From the IMG/VR virus record IMGVR_UViG_3300046534_000888, positions 1-56,018 of that record: DNA of 56,018 nt; one strand, written 5' to 3'. The position numbers and the translations under genes were made by a program. The number at the start of each line of letters is the position of its first letter. Within the stretch, counting starts at the first letter, position 1. Source of the DNA: a virus. Taxonomy: Duplodnaviria; Caudoviricetes. Of this stretch, positions 1 through 6,116 are shown piece after piece. The notes below the pieces were generated by a model that saw only the letters and a list, made by a program, of their open reading frames with translations, made no database searches and was not told where the DNA came from.

Positions 1-119
1 TTATGATGTTTGGAATTAGAGATAGTCCCTCATGATGAGCTCATCATGAGATTTGATTGGGACTACTTGCAACTTCTATCTCGCCGAGTTGCAGGGCTTG
101 AACGTTCACACGTTGAAAT

Positions 120-192
120 TGGCGCGCCCGATAGGACTCGAACCTATAATGTCCCAGCTTCGTAGGCCGGGTTGCATCCAGTTGCCGAGCGC
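120..192 (-). tRNA. tRNA-Arg(ACG), minimal D-arm
   Basis: Acceptor GCGCTCG/CGGGCGC-G-CCA, anticodon arm CCGGC-CTACGAA-GCTGG, T-loop TTCGAGT; D region reduced to GCA-ACTGGA-TGC. Confidence 0.8.
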
Positions 193-197
193 ATGTT

Positions 198-320
198 TGG
201 CGTCCACCGTGGGAATCGAACCCACCCCAATCAGTAAACTATAACGAACATCCGTCTCGAGACAGAATATCATTACCATAGCCATGTTCGTTTAGATTGG
301 TTACCATAGGCTTTCATTAA
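198..320 (-). ncRNA. tRNA-like RNA with T-arm and CCA end but no cognate 5' acceptor strand
   Basis: 3' end GTGGG-TTCGATT-CCCAC-GGTGGACG-CCA; upstream interrupted stem CCAATC/GATTGG plus AACGAACAT/ATGTTCGTT. Confidence 0.55.
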
Positions 321-322
321 AT

Positions 323-411
323 TGGCGGAAAGCCGAGGAGTCGAACCCCTGCCCGATTAAGGACACCACGGTATTCAACACCGTTTGCCGGCCTACCCAG
401 CGGGACCTTCC
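323..411 (-). tRNA. tRNA-Ser(UGA)
   Basis: GGAAGGT/GCTTTCC-G-CCA, anticodon arm ACGGT-GTTGAAT-ACCGT, long variable arm. Confidence 0.85.
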
Positions 412-575
412 ATTAATTGTTTTGCGCTTATTAGATGATCTTGGTAAGCATCCTCCAATAATTGATTAGCGCGTTTTAATAATACTTTGGCAACGATATA
501 CTTTAATTCCCTGTCAACACTGTCAATCAGTGCATGACCTTCAATTATCAATCCGTTTCTTTCTTCTTCGGTCAT
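393..575 (-). CDS. hypothetical protein
   Basis: 60-aa ORF with GAAGGT upstream; end overlaps the tRNA-Ser 5' end. Confidence 0.5.
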   Translation of the reverse strand: MTEEERNGLIIEGHALIDSVDRELKYIVAKVLLKRANQLLEDAYQDHLISAKQLMEGPAG

Positions 576-592
576 ATCATTACCTTCTATAT

Positions 593-1396
593 TTAAAATA
601 GTGTATTGAAGTTTTCGTTTAACTTATATACGTTTGGTGTGTCATTGAAAATGCCTGTTTTAATCTTTTCGTAACCATGAGCTTTCATAGTGTCACGAAA
701 CAACTTTGACATTTTCTTACAATCAATATCACCACGTTTGGTTTCGTATGTCTTGAAATGTCCTATTCCAATCGTACCGAAAGAGTTACATATAACCATA
801 TATTTAGGTTTATTGTGCTCGATGATTTCCTCAACATGAGCAATAGGGTCATGGATATGCTCGAAATATTCTAAAGCAAATACCAAATCAACATGCCCTA
901 ACTCTTTAGAATCTTCTCTCATATCGAAAGAATAACTCTTTTGTAACAATTCACAAAACTTCCATTGTTCTGAGATTTTCAAATTCGTTCCAGTGACTGA
1001 TGCATCAGTGAACATTTCAGTCAATGCGACCGTTGTCATTCCCAAACCATTACCAAGGTCAAGTACACTTTTGACTTCTGGAAACAATCTGTTTTTATGC
1101 TTTTCAATCAACTTCAAGTTTGTTCTTGAATATACCGCCCAACAAGCCCAAACTTCGGTGAAATAATCTTCATGTGAATACACAGAATAATCAATTTCAT
1201 TATTGATAAGAGCATCGAACCACTGACTTTCCAAGTGTTGTAATGGATTATCCATCACGGTTGCTTTAGATTTCTTATAATAAGCAATAAGATCTTGTGT
1301 TTTAAACAAGTGATTTTCTTCCATTGGCCGTATGTTACTATACAACTCTAGGAATTGATTCAATGATTCTTTTGGTTTGTTATCAAGTACTTTCAT
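593..1396 (-). CDS. class I SAM-dependent methyltransferase
   Basis: Motif I VLDLGNGLG and downstream DLVFALEYFEHI; start moved to MKVLDNK because the longer start lies in a duplicated promoter. Confidence 0.8.
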   Translation of the reverse strand: MKVLDNKPKESLNQFLELYSNIRPMEENHLFKTQDLIAYYKKSKATVMDNPLQHLESQWFDALINNEIDYSVYSHEDYFTEVWACWAVYSRTNLKLIEKHKNRLFPEVKSVLDLGNGLGMTTVALTEMFTDASVTGTNLKISEQWKFCELLQKSYSFDMREDSKELGHVDLVFALEYFEHIHDPIAHVEEIIEHNKPKYMVICNSFGTIGIGHFKTYETKRGDIDCKKMSKLFRDTMKAHGYEKIKTGIFNDTPNVYKLNENFNTLF

Positions 1397-1410
1397 ATCT
1401 TTTCTCAATT

Positions 1411-1490
1411 TATCATAACAAGACATACTTGTCAACCATTATTTGGTACTCAATGTTGGAATCGAACCAACGTTTCTGGTATGTAACACC
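1411..1490. repeat. 80-bp direct repeat (other copy 1999-2078)
   Basis: tatcataacaagacatacttgtcaacc...tatgtaacacc identical at both sites; covers tRNA-Val 3' half and most of an early promoter. Confidence 0.95.
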
Positions 1491-1519
1491 GTTTGCCAGC
1501 CTACCTAGCGGGACCTTCC
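1444..1519 (-). pseudogene. chimeric tRNA (5' half Ser(UGA), 3' half Val(UAC))
   Basis: 1485-1519 matches 377-411 with 2 mismatches; 1444-1490 identical to 2032-2078; acceptor stem cannot pair. Confidence 0.9.
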
Positions 1520-1528
1520 ATAATGAAC

Positions 1529-1918
1529 TTAAGTATATTGATCAGGTACGTCTTTATCCATATATTTACGAGCCTGACCGTGGGCATTTTTAATCCATAC
1601 GTTTCCAACATTCGAGTTATACAATATAACCATGTCTTTAACGCTAGGGTTAGTCATATAAGCAATTGCTTTGTTTTCCTTTGATGGACGAGATTCCCAA
1701 CCGTTTGTGCTGAGTATCTCCAAAGCCTTATCACCAGATTTTAATGCATCATAGAAAGGAGGCCCGTAAGCATCTTTCTTCTTCTTGAACAAAGCACGTA
1801 AATGTGGAACTAATTTAAAGTCAGCATTGAATGCCGGATTTGTTGTCATGCTAGATTCAACAAGTGACGTTCTGAATGATTTCGCCGCTTCTAATATTGT
1901 TAAAAATTCGTTGCTCAT
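1529..1918 (-). CDS. hypothetical late protein
   Basis: 129-aa ORF downstream of TATAAATA (1956-1963). Confidence 0.75.
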   Translation of the reverse strand: MSNEFLTILEAAKSFRTSLVESSMTTNPAFNADFKLVPHLRALFKKKKDAYGPPFYDALKSGDKALEILSTNGWESRPSKENKAIAYMTNPSVKDMVILYNSNVGNVWIKNAHGQARKYMDKDVPDQYT

Positions 1919-2031
1919 TGTAATGACCTAGATTATGGTAAGTTAATGTTAAGGTTATTTATAACATCTAAATTTTCTCATTCATTATACATGTATTATA
2001 TCATAACAAGACATACTTGTCAACCATTATT

Positions 2032-2105
2032 TGGTACTCAATGTTGGAATCGAACCAACGTTTCTGGTATGTAACACCAGTGCTAATCCCCTCAGCTAAT
2101 CGAGT
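2032..2105 (-). tRNA. tRNA-Val(UAC)
   Basis: ACTCGAT/ATTGAGT-A-CCA; CTGGT-GTTACAT-ACCAG. Confidence 0.9.
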
Positions 2106-2110
2106 TTAAT

Positions 2111-2189
2111 TGGTGGGCCGAGTTGAATTCGAATCAACTATCTTCCGGTTATGAGCCGGGTGCGTATACCAGACTTATGCCTCCGGCCC
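2111..2189 (-). tRNA. tRNA with CAU anticodon (Ile2 or Met)
   Basis: GGGCCGG/TCGGCCC-A-CCA; CCGG-CTCATAA-CCGG. Confidence 0.85.
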
Positions 2190-2194
2190 GTTGT

Positions 2195-2269
2195 TGGAGC
2201 TTTCACCGAGGATTGAACTCGGGTTTCAACCGTACCAAGGTTGTGTTCTGCCTGCTGAACTATGAAAGC
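2195..2269 (-). tRNA. tRNA-Thr(GGU)
   Basis: GCTTTCA/TGAAAGC; CAACC-TTGGTAC-GGTTG. Confidence 0.9.
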
Positions 2270-2277
2270 GTAGCGTT

Positions 2278-2357
2278 TGGTACCAGTCGAGGAATCGAAC
2301 CTCATATTGGAAATTGAAGTGACGCCTTGACCTCAATTTCCTAGCACCTGCACTGGC
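2278..2357 (-). ncRNA. tRNA-like RNA with an 11-bp stem in place of an anticodon arm
   Basis: GCCAGT/ACTGGT-A-CCA, T-arm TGAGG-TTCGATT-CCTCG, stem GGAAATTGAGG/CTTCAATTTCC with 11-nt loop. Confidence 0.7.
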
Positions 2358-2363
2358 CTAAAA

Positions 2364-2434
2364 TGGTTGTGAGCCTAGGTATCGAGCCTAGCTAATCGGA
2401 GATATGAACTCTAATTGGTCCCTGACCGCCCACA
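2364..2434 (-). tRNA. tRNA-Met(CAU)-like, minimal D-arm
   Basis: TGTGGGC/GCTCACA-A-CCA; loop TTCATAT; D-arm GGTC-AGG-GACC. Confidence 0.65.
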
Positions 2435-2440
2435 TTAATT

Positions 2441-2568
2441 TGGATGGAGACTGAGGACTTTCACCTCTCTAAGCCAGTCTCAGGTGGCTTATCAGAACGG
2501 CGTGATATATCACGCAAAAGTTCTAAATAAGATTCACTTCGCATTGGAGTCAATTGCCGTATCATCCA
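2441..2568 (-). ncRNA. structured RNA ending in T-arm-like hairpin and CCA
   Basis: Hairpins GCGTGAT/ATCACGC, TAAGCCA/TGGCTTA, GAGG-TGAAAGT-CCTC; loop GAGACT complementary to 3' AGTCTC. Confidence 0.45.
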
Positions 2569-2625
2569 CGAAGTGTTGCCCGACACATTACAGACGATCG
2601 GCAAACCGCCTTTCATGTACCTTGC

Positions 2626-2694
2626 ATGATGGAAGGATTTGAACCTCCGCCTCCGCCTAACCGCCGGTGCTCTACCAAACTGAGCTACATCAAT
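2626..2694 (-). pseudogene. degenerate tRNA
   Basis: Canonical D-arm GCTC-AGTTTGGTA-GAGC and T-arm; anticodon arm degraded; no CCA. Confidence 0.7.
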
Positions 2695-2695
2695 A

Positions 2696-2821
2696 CTAAC
2701 GTCGCCGAATTACCGTCTATCCTCTAGTCTATTACTGATACGAGATATCTCTCGACAGACATGAAGCAAGGGTCACAAAGGTGTGCCTCTATCCTTTTGT
2801 GTCACAAATAATCCAGCTATT
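2696..2821 (-). ncRNA. repeated ncRNA motif, copy A
   Basis: 5' AATAGCTGGATTATTTGTGACA and 3' GACGGTAATTCGGC form a closing stem; both ends recur at 3189-3290. Confidence 0.6.
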
Positions 2822-3124
2822 TCTTGCCTTGAGGAATTTAACCTCTCCAAGTACAGGCTATACTTATTCAATTAGCTCTTGGCTGCTCCCTTTTTGGGAG
2901 TCTCTGACCAAGCCACATGTTGAATTTAGTTATGATTTTCTTCCCCTACCACTCTCCCATTAAATGGAAATTGTGTTAAAGATATATTTCTTTCCCAACT
3001 GCAATAACTACTATGTAGATAATGAGATTGAAAATATAATTTATACCAGCGACCTCCGCGCAAACGTCGAATTGGTTTAAACCTGTTTAAGAAGTTTGGC
3101 ATTGATTTCTCTTTAAATTATAAT

Positions 3125-3185
3125 TGGTGCAAGGGTGGGATTTCATACCCACAAACATCGACAAATTAGTCAATGAACACCTTGC
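3125..3185 (-). ncRNA. D-armless tRNA-like mini-RNA
   Basis: GCAAGG/CCTTGC-A-CCA, T-like arm GTGGG-TATGAAAT-CCCAC, single stem CATTGAC/GTCGATG. Confidence 0.6.
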
Positions 3186-3188
3186 GTT

Positions 3189-3290
3189 AATAGCGCTGCC
3201 GGATTACCGTCAGGTATTGATATGGAGTCTATCCCAGTCTCCAGTTAACACCACACTTCAGGAGGGCTTGTCACAAATAATCCAGCTATT
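3189..3290 (-). ncRNA. repeated ncRNA motif, copy B
   Basis: 22 bp (3269-3290) identical to 2800-2821; 3' GACGGTAATCCGGC. Confidence 0.6.
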
Positions 3291-3291
3291 A

Positions 3292-3411
3292 TGGTGCGCG
3301 CGAGGGGGTATTGAACCCGTTACATGATCATCTCTAGAATATCTCATGAGACCTTCTCTTCTGAGTCAGAGTCTGAGTCAGAAGCGCATTGGCCTTTATG
3401 CTATCGCCGCG
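3292..3411 (-). pseudogene. degenerate tRNA-Leu(CAG)-like gene with duplicated anticodon segment
   Basis: CTTCTGA-CTCAGAC-TCTGA-CTCAGAAG, long extra arm, weak T-arm, CCA end. Confidence 0.6.
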
Positions 3412-3531
3412 TAAATTGAAATGATAATGAGTGTGTCAAATGCAAAATCTGAGAAGATTATTTATCGTATCTTACAGCATTTTAACTACACAAGTTGTCT
3501 CGTTTACTCTTGTTACACTCATTATCAATTT

Positions 3532-3620
3532 TGGAGGAAGATGGAGGAATTGAACCCCATCCCATTTCTGGAACACCTCGCTTTCCAAGCGGGCTCGATC
3601 ACCATTTCGAATCATCTTCC
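3532..3620 (-). tRNA. tRNA-Ser(GGA)
   Basis: GGAAGAT/ATCTTCC; loop TTGGAAA; long variable arm. Confidence 0.85.
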
Positions 3621-3688
3621 TAAAATTAATTGAGTGTTAGGCGCCAACTAACTTAATACACAGATAGGCTATCTGCTTTACTCAAGTT

Positions 3689-3778
3689 TGGAGGAAGGCA
3701 TCGTAATTGAAACGAACGCACATTTCTGGCGCGACTGGTTTAGCAAACCGTCCCAAACACCTGCTCAGTTTACCTTCC
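3689..3778 (-). tRNA. tRNA-Ser(GCU)
   Basis: GGAAGGT/GCCTTCC; loop TTGCTAA; long variable arm. Confidence 0.8.
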
Positions 3779-3886
3779 GAAATAGTTTATCCGCTTTGGT
3801 GCATAACTATACAGAACTAATGCACATACGAGTGTTCTGCTCATTCCTATTCACAGCGGATATAATAGGACTATGATCATAAAATG

Positions 3887-3958
3887 TGGCAGGCTAATAA
3901 GGAATCGAACATTACAAGACAACGTTTGGAGTGTCGTCACCGCCCAGCGGCTAACCCA
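3887..3958 (-). tRNA. tRNA-Trp(CCA), minimal D-arm, possibly degenerate
   Basis: Loop CTCCAAA; D-arm CCGC-TGG-GCGG; mismatches in T and anticodon stems. Confidence 0.6.
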
Positions 3959-3964
3959 TAAATT

Positions 3965-4042
3965 TGGAGCATAGAGTCGGATTCGAACCGACGGCTTTTA
4001 CGCTTTGCAGGCGCATACTTTGGGCCACTTAGTTACCTATGC
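3965..4042 (-). tRNA. tRNA-Cys(GCA)
   Basis: GCATAGG/TCTATGC-T-CCA; loop CTGCAAA. Confidence 0.9.
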
Positions 4043-4047
4043 ATATT

Positions 4048-4164
4048 AACAGAATCTTTGCGTCATGCGACTTTTATTCAAGTTTTTATTGCTGTATAGA
4101 TTCTAATATAACAGGATAGCATTTAGTTTCATTTCGAGTGAAGTTTGGTTGCTGTTACTATCCT
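4048..4164 (-). ncRNA. two tandem ACAGCAA hairpin elements
   Basis: AGAATCT-AT-ACAGCAA...AGATTCT-GTT and AGGATAG-TA-ACAGCAA...CTATCCT-GTT. Confidence 0.55.
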
Positions 4165-4171
4165 AAAAAGT

Positions 4172-4243
4172 TGGTGGAGAATAACGGTAACGATCCGTTC
4201 CTGCCTCGGTGCAAGCGAAGCGTCAGTCCCATACTGATTCCCC
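4172..4243 (-). tRNA. tRNA-Ala(UGC), minimal D-arm
   Basis: GGGGAAT/ATTCTCC-A-CCA with G3-U70; loop CTTGCAC. Confidence 0.8.
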
Positions 4244-4249
4244 ATATTT

Positions 4250-4335
4250 TGGTGGTTATGGAAGGATTCGAACCCTCAATGACTAGCATACCGCCGGGTT
4301 ACAACCGGGTGCCCTTCCTAATGGGCGTCACAACC
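4250..4335 (-). tRNA. tRNA-Tyr(GUA)
   Basis: Loop TTGTAAC; long variable arm; CCA. Confidence 0.9.
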
Positions 4336-4341
4336 TTAAAG

Positions 4342-4414
4342 TGGAGCGGATATGGGTAATCGAAACCCAGCAGTACGGCTTGGAAGGCCGACGACTCACC
4401 TCGAGCTTATCCGC
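4342..4414 (-). tRNA. tRNA-Gly(UCC)
   Basis: GCGGATA/TATCCGC-T-CCA; loop CTTCCAA. Confidence 0.85.
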
Positions 4415-4465
4415 AGTTCTATCCTTTTATTTTAGGTCGGTAGGATAAACACCGTAAAACGAAAT

Positions 4466-4541
4466 TGGTAGCAGAGGAAGGATTCGAACCTCCGACCTCT
4501 GGGTTATGAACCCAGCAATCTGACCACTGATATACTCTGCG
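4466..4541 (-). tRNA. initiator tRNA-fMet(CAU)
   Basis: C1:72 mismatch, three G-C pairs (GGG/CCC) closing loop TTCATAA. Confidence 0.9.
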
Positions 4542-4549
4542 TTAAATCT

Positions 4550-4622
4550 GTAGGTGACGGATTTTTACCGTCTTCTCCGATAAAGGCTTTATCGCCGAAT
4601 CGAAAGCACATTGCTATACCTA
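4550..4622 (-). ncRNA. tRNA-like element without CCA
   Basis: TAGGT/ACCTA closing stem, T-like arm GACGG-TAAAAAT-CCGTC, hairpin CGATAAAG/CTTTATCG. Confidence 0.45.
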
Positions 4623-4630
4623 ACAAAAAA

Positions 4631-4706
4631 TGGCGCCGTTGATGGGAATCGAACCCACCTATTTCTCGCAGACAACGAGTTGAGATACCCAGACCCCTAC
4701 AACGGC
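4631..4706 (-). tRNA. tRNA-Asp(GUC)
   Basis: GCCGTTG/CAACGGC-G-CCA; loop TTGTCTG (U37). Confidence 0.85.
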
Positions 4707-4791
4707 TTAATTTTCTATTTCTTATACATGTATTATAACATAATAAAGGTCGTTTGTCAACCCTTTGTTGTTATTTTATAATACATAAAAT

Positions 4792-4869
4792 TGGTCTCGA
4801 CGGTTCGATTCGAACGAACGACCCCATGGTTCCAAACCAAGTGCGCTAACCAGACTGCGCTACGCCGAG
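4792..4869 (-). tRNA. tRNA-Pro(UGG)
   Basis: CTCGGCG/CGTCGAG-A-CCA; loop TTTGGAA. Confidence 0.9.
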
Positions 4870-4910
4870 ATATATACTACATACTTATCGAGGGAAGTAT
4901 CTAACCTATT

Positions 4911-4986
4911 TGGTGCGACCCCGAGGGATTGAACCTCGTTGTCTGGTTCTTCAAACCAGCGCATTGACCACAATTGCTTGAGTCGC
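4911..4986 (-). tRNA. tRNA-Phe(GAA)
   Basis: CTGGT-TTGAAGA-ACCAG; CCA. Confidence 0.9.
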
Positions 4987-4992
4987 ATAATT

Positions 4993-5068
4993 TGGTGCCG
5001 CAGTGAGGATTCAAACCCCAGACATCTTCATTACAAGTGAAGCGCTCTATCAACTGAGCTACAACGGC
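4993..5068 (-). tRNA. tRNA-Thr(UGU)
   Basis: CTTCA-CTTGTAA-TGAAG; CCA. Confidence 0.9.
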
Positions 5069-5108
5069 AGAGTTCGTCGTTTTTAAATTGGTGACCAACA
5101 CCCAATAT

Positions 5109-5227
5109 ATCGTTTGGTTGGACTCGAACCAACGTCCCACGGTTGCGGATTTACATTACCATATCAAAGAGGAATCGAACCTCAAATACCCTCGCACCGC
5201 TGTAATAACCACTATACGACAAACAAC
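5109..5227 (-). ncRNA. tRNA body with anticodon loop replaced by an insert carrying a second T-arm
   Basis: Acceptor TTGTTTG/CAAACGA, D-loop AGTGGTTAT, T-arm GTTGG-TTCGAGT-CCAAC; insert GAGG-TTCGATT-CCTC...GATATGGTAATGT. Confidence 0.65.
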
Positions 5228-5261
5228 AATTTGGCATCCCCGATAGGACTCGAACCTACAT
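5228..5261. repeat. 34-bp duplication of the tRNA-Arg(UCU) 3' end (att-like)
   Basis: aatttggcatccccgataggactcgaacctacat identical to 5468-5501. Confidence 0.95.
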
Positions 5262-5262
5262 T

Positions 5263-5430
5263 TTATTTTTCCATTTCTTTGGTTAGAATTTTAACCAATT
5301 CTTCTTCGACATCCATACCGTAAGTATACTCTAATTCCTGTATAGTTTCGACTTTCCAGGTTCCTCTCAACTTACGTTTGAATCCAAAAAATACTCTCAA
5401 TCTGTTATATATTTTATATATAAAATTCAT
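5263..5430 (-). CDS. 55-aa protein resembling a segment of T4-type major capsid protein gp23
   Basis: Hand translation MNFIYKIYNRLRVFFGFKRKLRGTWKVETIQELEYTYGMDVEEELVKILTKEMEK; resembles gp23 R.LKA.(Y/W)..E..QDL...HG.D.E.EL..IL..EI. Confidence 0.65.
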   Translation of the reverse strand: MNFIYKIYNRLRVFFGFKRKLRGTWKVETIQELEYTYGMDVEEELVKILTKEMEK

Positions 5431-5471
5431 ATATCTGATTCTCTCAAGTTTGTAATATAATTCCTAAAATT

Positions 5472-5548
5472 TGGCATCCCCGATAGGACTCGAACCTACA
5501 TGTGTCCGGTTTAGAAGACCGGTGCCTATCCAGTTAGACTACGAGGAC
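5472..5548 (-). tRNA. tRNA-Arg(UCU)
   Basis: CCGGT-CTTCTAA-ACCGG; CCA. Confidence 0.9.
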
Positions 5549-5563
5549 ATAATAACCTTCTTT

Positions 5564-5594
5564 TTGCACAGTAACAACATGAGTGTTACTGTGC
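5564..5594. terminator. 12-bp hairpin (terminator or processing signal)
   Basis: tgcacagtaaca...tgttactgtgca. Confidence 0.45.
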
Positions 5595-5605
5595 AACATT
5601 TAATT

Positions 5606-5708
5606 TGGGAGATGCACACATTAGGACTTAACCCCAACAGAACCGATTGTGTAGCTACCCAATTGGTTTCCAAGACAGGCCCGCACCTCACCTGTGATGT
5701 TTGTTCCT
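5606..5708 (-). pseudogene. degenerate tRNA-Ser(GGA)-like gene
   Basis: Loop TTGGAAA, long extra arm, broken acceptor and T stems. Confidence 0.45.
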
Positions 5709-5737
5709 TTAACTCGTCAGCAAAGGATTTCTAAAAT

Positions 5738-5820
5738 TGGCCACCTATGAGATATTCGAAATCTCCTTATCAAGTTGTTGATCAAGACACCCTGACGACC
5801 AATGCCACTACTGGTAGGTG
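5738..5820 (-). ncRNA. tRNA-like RNA, no clear anticodon
   Basis: CACCTAC/ATAGGTG-G-CCA; T-arm GAGAT-TTCGAAT-ATCTC. Confidence 0.6.
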
Positions 5821-5827
5821 TTAAAAA

Positions 5828-5916
5828 GGAGGTGCCTATGAAATATACGATATTTCGTTGCCGCGGGCATTCGGTCCCGTGATCGTCAACCCGAATCAAG
5901 TATCGGATAGGCGCCG
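5828..5916 (-). ncRNA. tRNA-like RNA related to 5738-5820
   Basis: GGCGCCTAT/ATAGGCACC stem; T-like arm GAAAT-ATCGTAT-ATTTC. Confidence 0.5.
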
Positions 5917-5921
5917 TTATT

Positions 5922-5998
5922 TGGCTCCCTGACGTGGGCTCGAACCACGGACAATCGCATTAACAGTGCGGCGCTCTACCAAACTGAGCTATCAAGGA
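5922..5998 (-). tRNA. tRNA-Asn(GUU)
   Basis: TCCTTGA/TCAGGGA-G-CCA; loop CTGTTAA. Confidence 0.92.
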
Positions 5999-6017
5999 AT
6001 AAACTTTAAATGCATTT

Positions 6018-6103
6018 TGGCTCCAAGAGTAGGGGTCGAACCTACGTTCCTATTGGAAGACTCTGATTAACAGTCAGGCACATTACCACTCTGTCATCTT
6101 GGA
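6018..6103 (-). tRNA. tRNA-Asn(GUU) with long variable arm
   Basis: TCCAAGA/TCTTGGA-G-CCA; CTGA-CTGTTAA-TCAG; V-arm TTCC-AATA-GGAA. Confidence 0.85.
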
Positions 6104-6116
6104 CCAAAATGCACTT

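Noticed and set aside
323-411. tRNA-Sec (GGAAG start, long arm)
   Set aside because: Anticodon reads UGA (Ser), not UCA, and the acceptor stem is 7 bp.
5228-5501. Integrated prophage or island at the tRNA-Arg att-like repeat
   Set aside because: Insert is only about 205 bp with no integrase; treated as a small insertion.
53-5899. Short ORF-track calls overlapping tRNA genes (e.g. 53-244, 2123-2317, 4138-4359, 4901-5140, 5114-5323, 5471-5734)
   Set aside because: They are translations of tRNA sequences on either strand, with no RBS.
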